DNA from: an uncultured Verrucomicrobiae bacterium | Lineage (GTDB): Bacteria; Verrucomicrobiota; Verrucomicrobiia; Chthoniobacterales; JAFAMB01 | Length of the DNA: 64,000 nucleotides | NCBI GenBank assembly: GCA_963813025.1 | Contig: CAWEXO010000011.1 | Span: 96,001 to 160,000, forward strand | Reading direction: 5' to 3' | Part shown: positions 39,071 to 49,979 of the stretch, in pieces | How the letters are laid out: every line of letters starts with the position of its first letter | How positions within the stretch are numbered: position 1 is the stretch's first letter | The notes under the pieces: generated by a model | What the model was told of the DNA's origin: nothing | Database searches by the model: none | Seen by the model: only the letters and a program-made list of their open reading frames with translations | Made by a program: the position numbers and the translations under genes

Positions 39071-40939
39071 ATGAGCGACATCGTCGGAATCGACCTGGGA
39101 GCCACTAACTCGCTGATTGGAGTGATGGATTCCGGGTTTCCGATCCTTTTGGCAGATGAAAACGGCTCGCGTCTAACGCCCTCGGTGGTACACTTGGATG
39201 AAAGGGATCAATGGATAGTCGGCGCGACCGCCGATCGGATGCGGGTGCTGCAGCCTGGGCGCACGATCTACTCGATCAAACGCCTGATGGGACGGCGTCC
39301 AGGTGAGTCCGAGAAAGACGATTTTACCAGCATATCGCGTTCGTTCAGCCGAGGGTCAGTCTATCATCGAGATCGGAGAGCGTGGTTTCGGCCCGAGCAG
39401 TTGTCGGGCCTCATTCTTACCAAGTTGAAATACGATGCCGAACGTGTGCTCGGGCACGAAGTTGACCGCGCAGTGATCACCGTTCCCGCCTATTTCAATG
39501 AACTCCAGCGCCAAGCAACAAAACGGGCCGGTGAACTCGCCGGTTTGACGGTTGAAAGGATCATCAATGAACCGACCGCAGCCGCACTTGCCTATGGTCT
39601 TGAGCGTCTCACTGACCGCTCTCATGTTGCCGTTTACGATTTAGGCGGCGGAACATTCGACATTTCTATCCTCGAACTCAACGAAGGTGCTTTTCGGGTT
39701 CGCTCAACTAACGGCAACACTCGTCTCGGGGGAGATGATATCGATCGCGAATTGATCCGCTTGTTGAAAGAGCGAGTAATAGCCCGGTATCCGGAACTCC
39801 GTCGTGATCTTGAAGAGCCGCAATCGCTGGCTCGATTACGTGAAATCGCTCGCAACGCGAAAATACGACTTTCGAGCGAAGAGGTTGTCCCGGTTGAAAT
39901 TCCGTTCCTGGCACCTTCGCAAAGCTTTTCTTATATGCTGACCCGACAGGAACTCGAAGCGCTCGTTCGACCGCTGATTCGCAAGACAAGATCGCATTGT
40001 TTGCGGTCGCTGGAAGATGCAAACTTGCGCCTCAGCAGATCGACGAAGTCATCCTGGTCGGTGGCGTCACTCGGATGCCCTTGGTTCGACAGGTCGTGGC
40101 CGAGATTTTTCAGCGTTTGCCCAACGTCAGTCAGAACCCCGACGAAGCGGTCGCCATAGGAGCGACCATTCAAGCCGGGATTCTCTCGGGCGATATCCAG
40201 AACATCGTCCTGCTCGATGTAACTCCGCTCTCCCTCGGGATCGAGACATTCGGCGGTCTGATGAACGTAATCATTCCGCGCAACTCGACGATCCCTTGCA
40301 AAAGCGGCGAAATGTTTACCAATGCTGTCGCCAACCAAACGGTCATGGGGGTAAAAGTCTGCAGGGAGAGCGTGAACTAGCCAAGGATAATTGGGAACTG
40401 GGCAGCGTCACCCTGAATTTCGAACCAGTGCCAAAAGGAGTAGCTCGAGTAGGCGTTCAATTCGAAATCGATGCGAACGGAATGTTGAAAGTTCTGGCAC
40501 GCGACACCCGCACCGGCAAAGAAGAGATCTTAGAGTTGAAAGCGCGGTGGACGTCTCGGACGAAGCCGTTGAAATGATGATTGCGGAATCTCTCGATCAC
40601 GCGTTTGACGACATGAGCGAGAGGGTCTGGACAGAGACGTTACTGAAGAGCAACGAACTGGTTCCGGCAGTGCACAGCGCCTTGACGATGATAGGCGATC
40701 AGATCTCGAAAACAGAACGCGGTCACATCCAGGAACTCTTAGAGAGAGTTGAGGTTGCCCAAAGAGGTCACAACGTCGGTGAGTTGAAAAAAGCAAACGC
40801 CGCCCTGGACGAAGGAACTCAGCATCTGGCGACACTCCTGATCGAAAGAGCCATGGCGGAAGCTGCACGACGAAGGAGAAATTTTGAAAGAAAACGACTG
40901 TTGGATTCGTCGCCAATCTCTTCGCCGCGCGGAAATTGA
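39071..40939 (+). CDS. Hsp70 chaperone, HscA/DnaK-like (several frameshifts)
   Basis: [74 protein letters not shown] across four ORF pieces. Confidence 0.88.
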
Positions 40940-41199
40940 TAATGGTCAACCAAACGAATTGCTTCAATCGCAAACGCGCCTGCCACGGCACGATCATAGA
41001 TTGCGATTAGATTGTCGCCATTGCTCTCTTCACCGCCGCTCGATCTACCACCCGTTGGTTGAAGATCTTCGTCACGGCACGTACTCAAGAGCAATCGGGT
41101 AGGTGCGTCGAATCCCGGATGCAGACGGCGAGGCGCTACCAGAGCGGGACGGAACCGCCTTGACATGCTTGCGGAGAACTTGTTGAAAAAGAGGTCGCA

Positions 41200-41697
41200 A
41201 TGAAAAACGGCGAGCGTCCGTAGTTCCCCCTTTTTCTTACGGCGGTTTTGCTGGTTCTCGCCGCCAGCTTCTATGGCTGCGCGACTACCCAGAACACCGA
41301 GTCTCTCCTTTCTGCCGCCGGCTTTCGCACCCGGATGCCGAGCACCGCTGGACAATTAGCGATGTTCAATAACATGCAACCGTACCGAATCGAGCGTCGG
41401 GAGAGAAACGGGAAGGTTCTTTATACCTACGCCGATAAACAAAGGAATCTGGTCTACATCGGAGGCGAGAGCGAATTCCAGCGTTACAAACAATCGGGTT
41501 ACAACAGTCGATCGCCGAGAAAACCTCACGCGGCTCAGATCAATCAGGAAACCTCTCTTGAGGTTTTCGGTCCAGAGTTCGGCCCTTATTGGGGACCTTG
41601 GAAGTACTTGGTGGTGAGCGACCCTTCGGTGGGGAAGCGATTTGCGGCTCAGATGAATTTCCGCCTCACAATCTCTGGGTCGCGACTGGTGCGCTAA
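41200..41697 (+). CDS. Hypothetical lipoprotein (frameshifted, ends uncertain)
   Basis: Lipobox FYGC followed by ATTQNTESLLSAAGF...YTYAD...VYIGGE. Confidence 0.6.
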
Positions 41698-41758
41698 GGG
41701 CGAATTCTCGCTTTCGAAACGCGCCCGGAGTGCGGTGAGTCCCCTAACTAAGTCTAGC

Positions 41759-42660
41759 TCAATACCAGACAGCCGCGTTTGAGTCATAGGTAAAGATGCC
41801 CTTTTCGGGAATCGTTCGCCAAAGCCCACGCCAGGCAGGCCTGATTAAATTGGCGATCGATCTCCTGCCGGAGCAAGCGCACGCCCTGCGCCCGGTTGTA
41901 AGCGGCTCGCAGTAAGAAAGCCATGACGGGGCCCCGGTCGATCGCAAGGACCGCTCAAAATAAGTGTCCAGCACCGAAAGCTTCGCCGCGATCAACACTT
42001 CCAGAATCTGTTTCTGTGTTTCCAAGTCGAGTGGTCGGAACACAATCCGCTCGGTGATCCGAGCAAAGAGTTCCGGGCGGAGGAACTGACTGGCGATATC
42101 GAGCGCCACGCTCTCCATCGTGGTGTACGGCGCGCTTTCCATTTTAGCGAAATCGCCGCTTCCCAGATTACTGGTCAGGACAACATAGAACTGGCGAACG
42201 CCAACCTTTTTCCGTCCAGGTTAGTCAGTTGTCCTTCTTCAAGGAGTGAAAGAAAGATGTCGATCACCCGGGGATTGGCCTTCTCGATTTCATCAAACAG
42301 AATCGTAGTTCCCGAGGGATTTCGCCTGATGGCAGCCTCAGTCCTTTCAACAAATTCAGAAAACCGGGACTCGGCGGAATATTCGTTCATGAAAAGAATT
42401 TCCAGCGGCACGCCCGACCCGAACAGATATTCGGTGAATTGTTTCGCTGATTCGGTTTTTCCTACACCCGTCGGTCCGAGGAAAAGAAAACTGCTTTTGG
42501 GCCGATCAGATAATCCGTTTAACCCTAGCTCGGACGCTTGCAAAGCCCGGGCGATTCGCGCGATCGCGTCCGTCTGTCCGAGAATCAGGCCGTCCAGATG
42601 ATGCTGCAGCCGGCCGAGATAGCGCTTCCAAAAAGAGCGGGATGGGTTTCGCCGCTATCG
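41759..42660 (-). CDS. Stand-alone ClpB-D2-type AAA+ ATPase (frameshifted)
   Basis: LILGQTDAI, RPKSSFLFLGPTGVGKTE, LFDEIEKA, LLEEGQLT, VLTSNLG, LRPELFARI, FRPL, QGVRLLRQEI. Confidence 0.8.
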
Positions 42661-42672
42661 TCAAATTGGCTC

Positions 42673-43356
42673 TCACAACGAGAAAGAGAACACTTGTTCA
42701 TTGCGGACCGCGCACGGTGACACAAGCGTCAGGGGACTCTCCGGAACCGGCAGCCGCCGAAGCGTCCGCTTGTTGCCGTTGTCGCCTTCCAGCCGTTTCA
42801 CTCGCTCATTGAGCAGAGAAACAACAGTGGTTAGCTTTTGTTCGGTCTCAGCCGTCTGCTTGGCCAGCCCAGCCACTTGACCAGCGAGTTTGTCCTGACT
42901 CCGTCTTTCTGCTTCGATCTCTCTGGCCGATTCTTCGGCCGCTCGGCGGGCCTGAACGATTTGTTGGACTGTTTCGCCAGGCAACGGTGGGGTGCGTACT
43001 CCGGTCTTTTCAGCCCGACAATCGGACCCAGCAGAACTTCCGGACGGCAGCTTGCGGCGAGCGAGTTACCCAGGAGGGCTGTTGTTCGAGCCGATAAATG
43101 GCATGTCGTTCATGCATCATGCTCGAATCGGCCGGATCGACATAACGATTGACCCCATAGACCTTCACTACTCCATTTTGACGAATGCTCCCGTCCGGGC
43201 TTGCCCCGGAATGCTCCCCGTTGCTGGATACTGGGAGGCCGTCCGCGCTACGATTTCCTTACCCAGGCTGCGGAGCCAACGAGGTGGTCTTCGGGGTTGC
43301 GGTGCGGCAGGCGACCAGGATACAGCCGAGCACCAAGACTACCAATAACGATGCAT
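42673..43356 (-). CDS. T4SS-associated lipoprotein with coiled-coil tail (frameshifted)
   Basis: Reconstruction: lipobox ILVAC, VKVYGVNRYVDPADSSMMHERHAIYRLEQQPSW, coiled-coil C-terminus. Confidence 0.55.
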
Positions 43357-43358
43357 TT

Positions 43359-44506
43359 TCAATTTGCGTTATGAGTTGTTGCTTCCAATGCCGGAAGCAG
43401 AGGTTTGACCAAGTCTGTCGGATCTACGGGGAGGGCCCGACGGACTTCTTCCCGCAGTTTCTTCCTTTGAAAATCCGCTTCATCTCGAGCGATGCGCTCA
43501 TCGTCTGCGGCCACTTTGGCGCGATCCAGGTCGATCGCTTCCATACAATACAAATAGAACTGCTTGCCCGCCGGAACTCGAAGAAAAAACCATCCCGTTC
43601 GATCGAAGAAGCAATTTGGGAAGCATAACGATCCAGCACCGCCTGAGTGCCTCCCCAGGCGGGATTGACCACACCATTCTGCAAGGCGCTCAACCCAAGG
43701 GAATTGCTATTCGTGTAAACGCGGTTGCCGAGCAGCCCGGACGCACTACTGGAGAAAGCTCCGGCAATACCATTAATCAAAGACGCCGCATACAGCTTGA
43801 TGACATCACTATTTGACGTCCGAATCACATCACCACGTAGTCCGGCGCTACCGTCGGTGATGCCGTAACTATCAATCTGCTCGTCGTGCTCCATGTCGAG
43901 CACCATGGCTCGAACGACAAGTTCACGTCCCAGCCCGCTGGGCTCGTTCAACACAAACGTAAATTCACCGTTGCCCGCGATCCGCTCCCGGACAGTATCG
44001 ACACTCGCCAACCCATGAACCTCCGAGTTAGCCCGAATAATCACCTTGCCGTTCCACCACACGTCTTCGTTTACGAAGCCGATGATCGGCGTAGTAAGAT
44101 TACTGGAGTCCACGGTATTAACCAATTGACATTTGACCATCCGAAACGCCGGGGCATAGTCGGCTTTTGGACCTCGCTCCGGCGCCGGTGCCGGCTGAGG
44201 ATCGGCCGCCAGAATAGTAGAGAAGAAGCGGCTGGATCCGACGTGGATGGGTATTCAGAGGCTGACCGGGTAGCAGCGACGACACTCCGGGATTTTTAAC
44301 CGGTTTAGGCCGTTCGGGCAGAACAGGGTTAAAGTTCCTAATGAGGAGGTCATCGAGTCCGTAATATTACCGGCGTCTCGCAGGATCTCGTCTTGACGCC
44401 GATTAAGACGGCGAACTCCGCCGCGCTGCAAAAGCGCGTAGACAAATACACCGCCCAAACAGGGCGCAGCCGTGCCGCCAACGAACAGCGTGCGACGATT
44501 AATCAT
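43359..44506 (-). CDS. VirB10/TrbI-like core complex protein (frameshifted)
   Basis: N-terminal TM, Pro-rich linker, YAP.FRMVKCQLVNTVDSS..TPIIGFV.EDVW..SEVHG, GSAGLRG, VRVPAGKQFYLY. Confidence 0.7.
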
Positions 44507-45556
44507 GTTGAGCCACCTTTTGCTCCTTACCGGACCCGTGGTGAGGAGCGTTTGCGATGACGGGAGAGGGCTCGGTATCGGTCTTGGTGGCCGATTCTCC
44601 GCCGGTTCGTTCGTGGGCGATTGATCGGACGAACCGCAGGCTCTTCGGCATGCTGTCCGGGGGCTCCTGCCATTCTGCGGACACCTTCCGCTGCGGATCG
44701 ATCTCAGCGATCACCTGACGAAGCACGACCTCGAATTTATTCGCCACCGCCAAATCGTTCCGGTTCCCGTCGGCTGAGCCGGTGACAACAAAATAGACAA
44801 TCTGAGATTTTCCGGCCGGCACCAGACCGCCAGCATCGGAGACCGCCTGCGCGTAAACCTCATCCCCAACCCGTGCTCCAAAGCTTTCGGGATCGTAAAG
44901 GAAATCATGATCGGTCGGGTTAATGAGTTCGACTTCAAAGCCAACTGAGTCAAGCGCATCATCCCGCATCACTCGCCTCAGCACGATACCAACTCCGTTG
45001 GCCTCCGTGCGGTTTTCCGGCTCGGCGATCTCGAGATTAGCAAACATTTCGGGAGCGCTGTTCTTTAGAGCCGGAAAACCTTTGACCTTGTCCAGAAACC
45101 CTATCACCCTGGCCGGGGAGGCGACTTTAGTTTTCGCCAGCGTTTCGGCAGGCTTGGTCGAATGCCGGCTCGGGCCTTCATCGAAGATAACAACAAATGA
45201 CGCGTCCGCCGCTTCTTTGCAGAAAAGTGAGTAGACTTTACTGTCGAGTACAACACGTAAGATTACCTTCCGCGCCGGGGTGACACCGCTTTCAGTGAGA
45301 GGAAGTTCGTTCCTTTATTGAAAGAGATCTGGAATAGGTCCGGACCATCGGGCGAAGGGTTCAAAGAAAATCCGTATCCATCAAGAGCTTCGACCTTCAT
45401 AGGGAATTCCATCGTGGTGATTCCCTGGATTCCTACTTGAATTATCGAAGGCTCATTCTGGTTCAGCGAAAGGTGGACGATCTTCGAACTCAGATCAGGC
45501 TGACCGAACGACAAAGCTGGTAAGGTGGCGATCAGGAGCGAAACGATTTTACGCAT
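44499..45556 (-). CDS. VirB9/TraK-like exported T4SS protein (frameshift near 45270)
   Basis: Signal peptide, beta-rich (GITTMEFP, NFLSLKA), C-terminal beta domain; lies between VirB8- and VirB10-like genes. Confidence 0.6.
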
Positions 45557-45557
45557 A

Positions 45558-46352
45558 TCATTTCTTCTCAGTGGTCTGGAGTTGTAATTGTTCAGGCGGT
45601 CCGAAGTTATAATCCGTCACCGCAAAGGGGTATCGCCGATTTCTGCCGAGATAAGGATTTCGGACTAACTTCAAATTCAAGGAGACAGGCTGCGGCTGAG
45701 TGATCTGCTCACCGTCTATCTCCGCCTGGATCAACAACTGGCCGACGATGTGGGCGAGGATGGTCCCATTGTCAATCCGCTGCAGATCTAGCCGACCAAT
45801 CTCCAGTTTCTGGTGGATGCTCTTCTTGCGAAATTCGGAAGCTGCCGTTTCGAAGTCTTTCTTTGCCTTCTCGAAGGCTTGCGGAAGAAAAACTCTTTCC
45901 AGGGTTTCGGGCGCATCAAAACCTTGAGGCCCTCGGTCAAGAAACGATTTCGCCGCCCAGTAAGAAATCGACTCGAGGACCTCCCGGCTCTGCTCCGCCG
46001 GCACCAGCGGCGCGATAATCAACGATTCGGTACCGTCCAGAAGGGCTACTTTTTCCGGTTGACGCATAACGCTGACCAGATAAGTCGGAATAATGAGGTG
46101 CGCGACCAGGGAAATCAGCAGGGCCGCCCAAAGAAGGCGGACCTTCTGGCGACCCGAGGCTAGTTGACTGGCAGCGCGATGTCGCTCAACGGCCGCGGCA
46201 GAGTCTGAGATCCGTTTGACCTCCGATTCGATTAATTGCTGGCTGCGCAGCCACGACTCCGGGCCAGTGGGCGCACCATCGGAGGCAGTGATCGGCACCT
46301 CCGGCAAAGCCGGGGATTTGCGATTAACAGCGGCGTTTGGCGACGTACTCAT
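45558..46352 (-). CDS. VirB8/TraE-like bitopic T4SS protein
   Basis: One TM then an NTF2-like alpha/beta pattern ending NPYLGRNRRYPFAVTDY. Confidence 0.6.
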   Translation of the reverse strand: MSTSPNAAVNRKSPALPEVPITASDGAPTGPESWLRSQQLIESEVKRISDSAAAVERHRAASQLASGRQKVRLLWAALLISLVAHLIIPTYLVSVMRQPEKVALLDGTESLIIAPLVPAEQSREVLESISYWAAKSFLDRGPQGFDAPETLERVFLPQAFEKAKKDFETAASEFRKKSIHQKLEIGRLDLQRIDNGTILAHIVGQLLIQAEIDGEQITQPQPVSLNLKLVRNPYLGRNRRYPFAVTDYNFGPPEQLQLQTTEKK

Positions 46353-46361
46353 AGCCGGCGC

Positions 46362-47489
46362 TAGTGCCTAATTGCGTAAGTTAGTTATATGTATGGCGAC
46401 TTTCCCCTGATGTACCTGGGATTTGGTCCATTCGAAGGGAGCCGCATTGTTATTGTAGTTCTTGATGAAGGTGTCGATGGCGTTGCGCAGCTCTGCCACG
46501 CTGGTGAAGTTTGCCCCCTGGAGGGCTTGGCGGCTCAAGATACTAAACCAGATCTCAATCTGGTTGAGCCAAGAAGCGTGGGTTGGAGTGAAATGAAAAT
46601 GCACATTGGGGTGAGCCTTCAACCAGCGATCTTGCTTTGGCTTATGGGTCGCAAGGTTGTCTAAGACCACATGAATTTCTTTGTCGAGATTTCCGGCAAC
46701 TACCTGGTTCATAAACTCCAGGAATTCCCGTCGGCGCTGGCGCCGGTAATGACCAGCCTGCACTTGGCCGCTGGCAATGTTGAGGGCGGCAAAGAGAGTG
46801 GAGGTGCCATGGCGCTTGTACTCGTGGCTAAAACCCGTCAGCGCCCTGCCATTGGGCAAGCGAATCCAACCTTGGGCTCTTTCCAGGGCTTGAATGGCTG
46901 GTTTTTCATCAATGGCCAAGATGAGCGCATTCTGGGGCGGATTGAGATAAAGACCGACAATGTCAGCGGCCTTGCGCACAAACTCCGGATCGGTGGAAAT
47001 GCACCAGCTGCGGCGCCGTTCCAATTCAATGCCTTGTTGGCGCAAAATGCGCCAGACTTGATCGGAGGAAACATCGGCCAGACTCTGCGCCAGCAGTCGC
47101 CCATTCCAGCGCCCGTAGCCCGCCGGTGGATCTTCATCCAGCAGCGCCAAGACCCGCTTGACCGTCATTTGATCATACTTGGCCGGCTTTCCACTGCGTG
47201 GCGCGTCTTCCAAGCCAGCCAGGCCTTGGCGCACAAAGCGCCGCCGCCATTTACTCACCGTCACCTCGGGAATGCGCAGGCTCTTGGCAATCGCACGTCC
47301 ACTCAAGCCCGCTGCCGCCTTCAAGATAATCTGACTCCTGACCTTGAGCCGGTGTTCGACCCGTTGCGCTCGACTCCAACCCTCCAAGAGCTTGCGGTTT
47401 TCCACAGAAAGTTTGATGCAACCCATTGCCATCCATCCAACAAATCATAATTTTTCATAAATATAAAGAACTAAAGCAACTAAGTACTA
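46362..47489 (-). mobile_element. IS630-family insertion sequence with TA target duplication
   Basis: Ends CTAGTGCCTAATTGCGTAAGTTAGTTATAT (46361) and reverse complement CTAGTACTTAGTTGCTTTAGTTCTTTATAT (47490) match at 23/30; TA at 46362-63 and 47488-89. Confidence 0.92.
46368..47432 (-). CDS. IS630-family DDE transposase
   Basis: HTH (VSKWRRRF..GLEDAPRSG), IDEK, YKRHGT, VLDNLATHK, FTPTHASWLNQIEIWF. Confidence 0.95.
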   Translation of the reverse strand: MAMGCIKLSVENRKLLEGWSRAQRVEHRLKVRSQIILKAAAGLSGRAIAKSLRIPEVTVSKWRRRFVRQGLAGLEDAPRSGKPAKYDQMTVKRVLALLDEDPPAGYGRWNGRLLAQSLADVSSDQVWRILRQQGIELERRRSWCISTDPEFVRKAADIVGLYLNPPQNALILAIDEKPAIQALERAQGWIRLPNGRALTGFSHEYKRHGTSTLFAALNIASGQVQAGHYRRQRRREFLEFMNQVVAGNLDKEIHVVLDNLATHKPKQDRWLKAHPNVHFHFTPTHASWLNQIEIWFSILSRQALQGANFTSVAELRNAIDTFIKNYNNNAAPFEWTKSQVHQGKVAIHITNLRN

Positions 47490-49031
47490 GTCCCACATGT
47501 ACTGTTGGGCTCGATTCGAAGAATTTGTGACGCGTCCGTTCCGCTTAGTTAGCGCGCCGAAGGAACTCAGACCGTGGGCTGCGCCGACGGAATCTCCGGC
47601 GGCGTGCGCAGTGAGTGAGCCCAATGAACCCATCAAGTTTCCCCCGACCGATGTCAAGGAGTCGGCCGTGTCGAGGGGGGCCGCCAAGGCATCGGCCGCA
47701 CCAGTAATTATCCCGCCCACCAGGTTCTTCGCCTTGGAAGAAGACGATGTTCGCCCACCCCTCGAACCGCCCCGATTCCCGGGGAACTCTGTCCTAGCCA
47801 GACCTGAAGCGAACGCTCGACCATCGGCCAACGCCGGCAATCCTCGATCCTGGCCGACAGAGTTCGCTGCGCCGGCTTGAGAGTTCTTTGCCCCAAAGAG
47901 TCCACGACCGAAACCATTGACCATGTTCGACAATCCGCCCCCGACCTGACGAATCCCCGCGGCGACAGTTGAGGCGATCCCGCTATAGGCCGCGCCGGTC
48001 AGTGGACCGGTGGCCGCGAGCATGGACCCGGCGAAGCCCTGTAGTGCTGCTCCGCCGTGCGTAACGATCTTTTGCGCATAAAAGGGTGCCAGAAAATGAC
48101 CGATCAAGGTCCAGAAGAAAATCGGAATAATGGCGATAAGACCCAGCAAGATCGAGCCCAAATTGAGCGGATCGATCTGGGACATTCCGTCGAGTAGCCC
48201 GACCGTGATGATGTTGACAAAGACCCAGCCCACCGGCCAGCAATACGCCCCGACCAGGGTTTTCAGATACAGCACGCCTTGCGAGCGCAGCGAGTGAACG
48301 GTCAGCTCGGCTAATCCGATGGGCAGGTAGATTGAAAGAAAAATGAGAATAACTTGCTGGAGCAGCTGCATCAACCGCACTACAAAATCGCACGAGCGAA
48401 AAAGCAGGAGCACCAGCCATAGCAGCAGATTGCGGACGAAGCCCATCGCCCATTCAAACGACCCTGAATGCATCAGTTGCCAGGCAAACCAAGCGTTGAA
48501 TTGCAAGATTGAAGGTGACTTATCATTTGATTGACTGCTGTTCGGGCCGGTTGGGGTTTCGTTCGAGTTCGTCGTGTTTTGCGGGTTCGGATATTTCCTG
48601 TTCAGAACATCATCGATCATCGCCAGATCTGGTTGCAGGGTGTATTGAAACATCACTGGCTTGCCGGTACTCGTTAGCTGCATCTGCGTCGCTACCGTCG
48701 ATTTGGTAATTCCGTTCGCGGCCTGATCCAGCCAGTTTCTCCAGGTCTTCCCGCCAAAGATGAGGCTGGTGATAAGCATTAGACGAAGGACTGTTCCAAA
48801 AAAGTGGCGTTGATCCGCTCGTAGAAAATTCTGGACAGCGCTTACCACCAGCAGAACGAACGCGATGACAAGACTGATTTCCGCCAGGTTGTCGGCAAAG
48901 TTTTGTGCCGTGTCTATTACCTTCTGGACATCCAGAAAACCCGTGAAAGCGGACCCGGACCCGGTACCAGGCAAAGGACTGGGCGCCGTGGTTGCGGCAA
49001 ACAAAAAGAAACCCTGGATTCCGGCAAACAT
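47487..49031 (-). CDS. VirB6/TrbL-like polytopic T4SS protein
   Basis: Several TM segments and a long Gly/Ala/Ser-rich C-terminal tail; follows the TrbJ-like gene. Confidence 0.7.
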   Translation of the reverse strand: MFAGIQGFFLFAATTAPSPLPGTGSGSAFTGFLDVQKVIDTAQNFADNLAEISLVIAFVLLVVSAVQNFLRADQRHFFGTVLRLMLITSLIFGGKTWRNWLDQAANGITKSTVATQMQLTSTGKPVMFQYTLQPDLAMIDDVLNRKYPNPQNTTNSNETPTGPNSSQSNDKSPSILQFNAWFAWQLMHSGSFEWAMGFVRNLLLWLVLLLFRSCDFVVRLMQLLQQVILIFLSIYLPIGLAELTVHSLRSQGVLYLKTLVGAYCWPVGWVFVNIITVGLLDGMSQIDPLNLGSILLGLIAIIPIFFWTLIGHFLAPFYAQKIVTHGGAALQGFAGSMLAATGPLTGAAYSGIASTVAAGIRQVGGGLSNMVNGFGRGLFGAKNSQAGAANSVGQDRGLPALADGRAFASGLARTEFPGNRGGSRGGRTSSSSKAKNLVGGIITGAADALAAPLDTADSLTSVGGNLMGSLGSLTAHAAGDSVGAAHGLSSFGALTKRNGRVTNSSNRAQQYMWD

Positions 49032-49127
49032 CTTTCTTCAGTACAATCGATAGATTTTTTCCTAATGGGCTTCCGGTCTGCCTGCTCGTCATTGGCAGAG
49101 CTCCCGCGTCACTTCTGGAAGACTCTT

Positions 49128-49979
49128 TCAGCGCCCCGACAGCTCAGGGGCACTCTGGAAAAATTGATGTCCGCCGTTTAATAGCGTTGCCGTGTCGCTG
49201 GCAAAACCCTGAGCAGCTTGCTGCTTCGCTGCCAATGCTTGTCGCGCCTCGTCGTTCTGGTTCGCGGCCTGCTGGACCAGGACTTTCATAGCCGTGGCAT
49301 GAAGGCGGGACGACCAGTTGTCAAGACTGCCTTGCACCGCTTCAAGCTTTGCCTGCCATTTTTCTGTTTCCACCAGGGAGCCGGCCGCGTTCAACTGCTG
49401 CAAGCTCTGGTGTTTTTCCTGCTGCAACCGGGCAAGGGACTCATTGGCTGATAGCATCTCAGTATTATAAGATTCGTACAAGTCCTGCACCGCGCCGAAT
49501 CGTTTGAAACTGTTCGCATCGAATTGAACCTTCTGACCGAATCGATCCGGCAGGTTTGATAAATCGTCGTACAACCCTCCTGCCGTATTTTTTAACGCCA
49601 TGACTCCGTTGGCCGTTATTCGTATTTCGCCTATTGTCTGTCCGACTCCGCTCTTGATCTTGTTTACATCGGCCAGCAATGCATCGAGTCCGAGCATGTT
49701 TGTATAGTAGTCCGGGCTGCCGAAACGCTTGAGCGCTTCCGTACTCTGATTAATGACCTGCGTCAGTTGTTGGATTTGTTGAGCCTGTTTATTGATCATC
49801 TCACTGTATTTGGCTACGTCCTGTGCGTGATACCCGGCTTCCTTTACCTGGCCAATCGTTTGTTGAAGGATGTTGAGGACGGTGTGGATCGGGTCATGAA
49901 CGGTCGTGGCTTTCCCTTGATCCAACCCGGCTAAAGCCATTAGGAAGATCGCCGCTGAAAGGCCGCCCTTATTCGACAA
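49128..49979 (-). CDS. TrbJ/VirB5-like exported protein
   Basis: Signal-like N-terminus, VHDP motif, Q-rich coiled coils (QAQQIQQLTQ); start inferred at TTG 49979. Confidence 0.65.
   Translation of the reverse strand: MSNKGGLSAAIFLMALAGLDQGKATTVHDPIHTVLNILQQTIGQVKEAGYHAQDVAKYSEMINKQAQQIQQLTQVINQSTEALKRFGSPDYYTNMLGLDALLADVNKIKSGVGQTIGEIRITANGVMALKNTAGGLYDDLSNLPDRFGQKVQFDANSFKRFGAVQDLYESYNTEMLSANESLARLQQEKHQSLQQLNAAGSLVETEKWQAKLEAVQGSLDNWSSRLHATAMKVLVQQAANQNDEARQALAAKQQAAQGFASDTATLLNGGHQFFQSAPELSGR

Noticed and set aside
39071..40939. Programmed frameshifting or true pseudogene call for Hsp70 and neighbours
   Set aside because: Breaks are numerous, lack slippery-site signatures and affect unrelated genes; sequencing indels are more parsimonious.
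41097..41140. GTAG...CTAC degenerate REP pairs (also ~8381-8408)
   Set aside because: Stems too short and imperfect to support.
41759..42660. T6SS ClpV assignment
   Set aside because: No N-domain or D1 ring and no tss genes nearby.
43235..43251. 17-nt exact match (GAGGCCGTCCGCGCTAC) to the REP variant at 55995-56011
   Set aside because: Lies in a coding region and lacks the second hairpin arm; a single GC-rich 17-mer match is plausible by chance in 64 kb, so not called an att site or REP.
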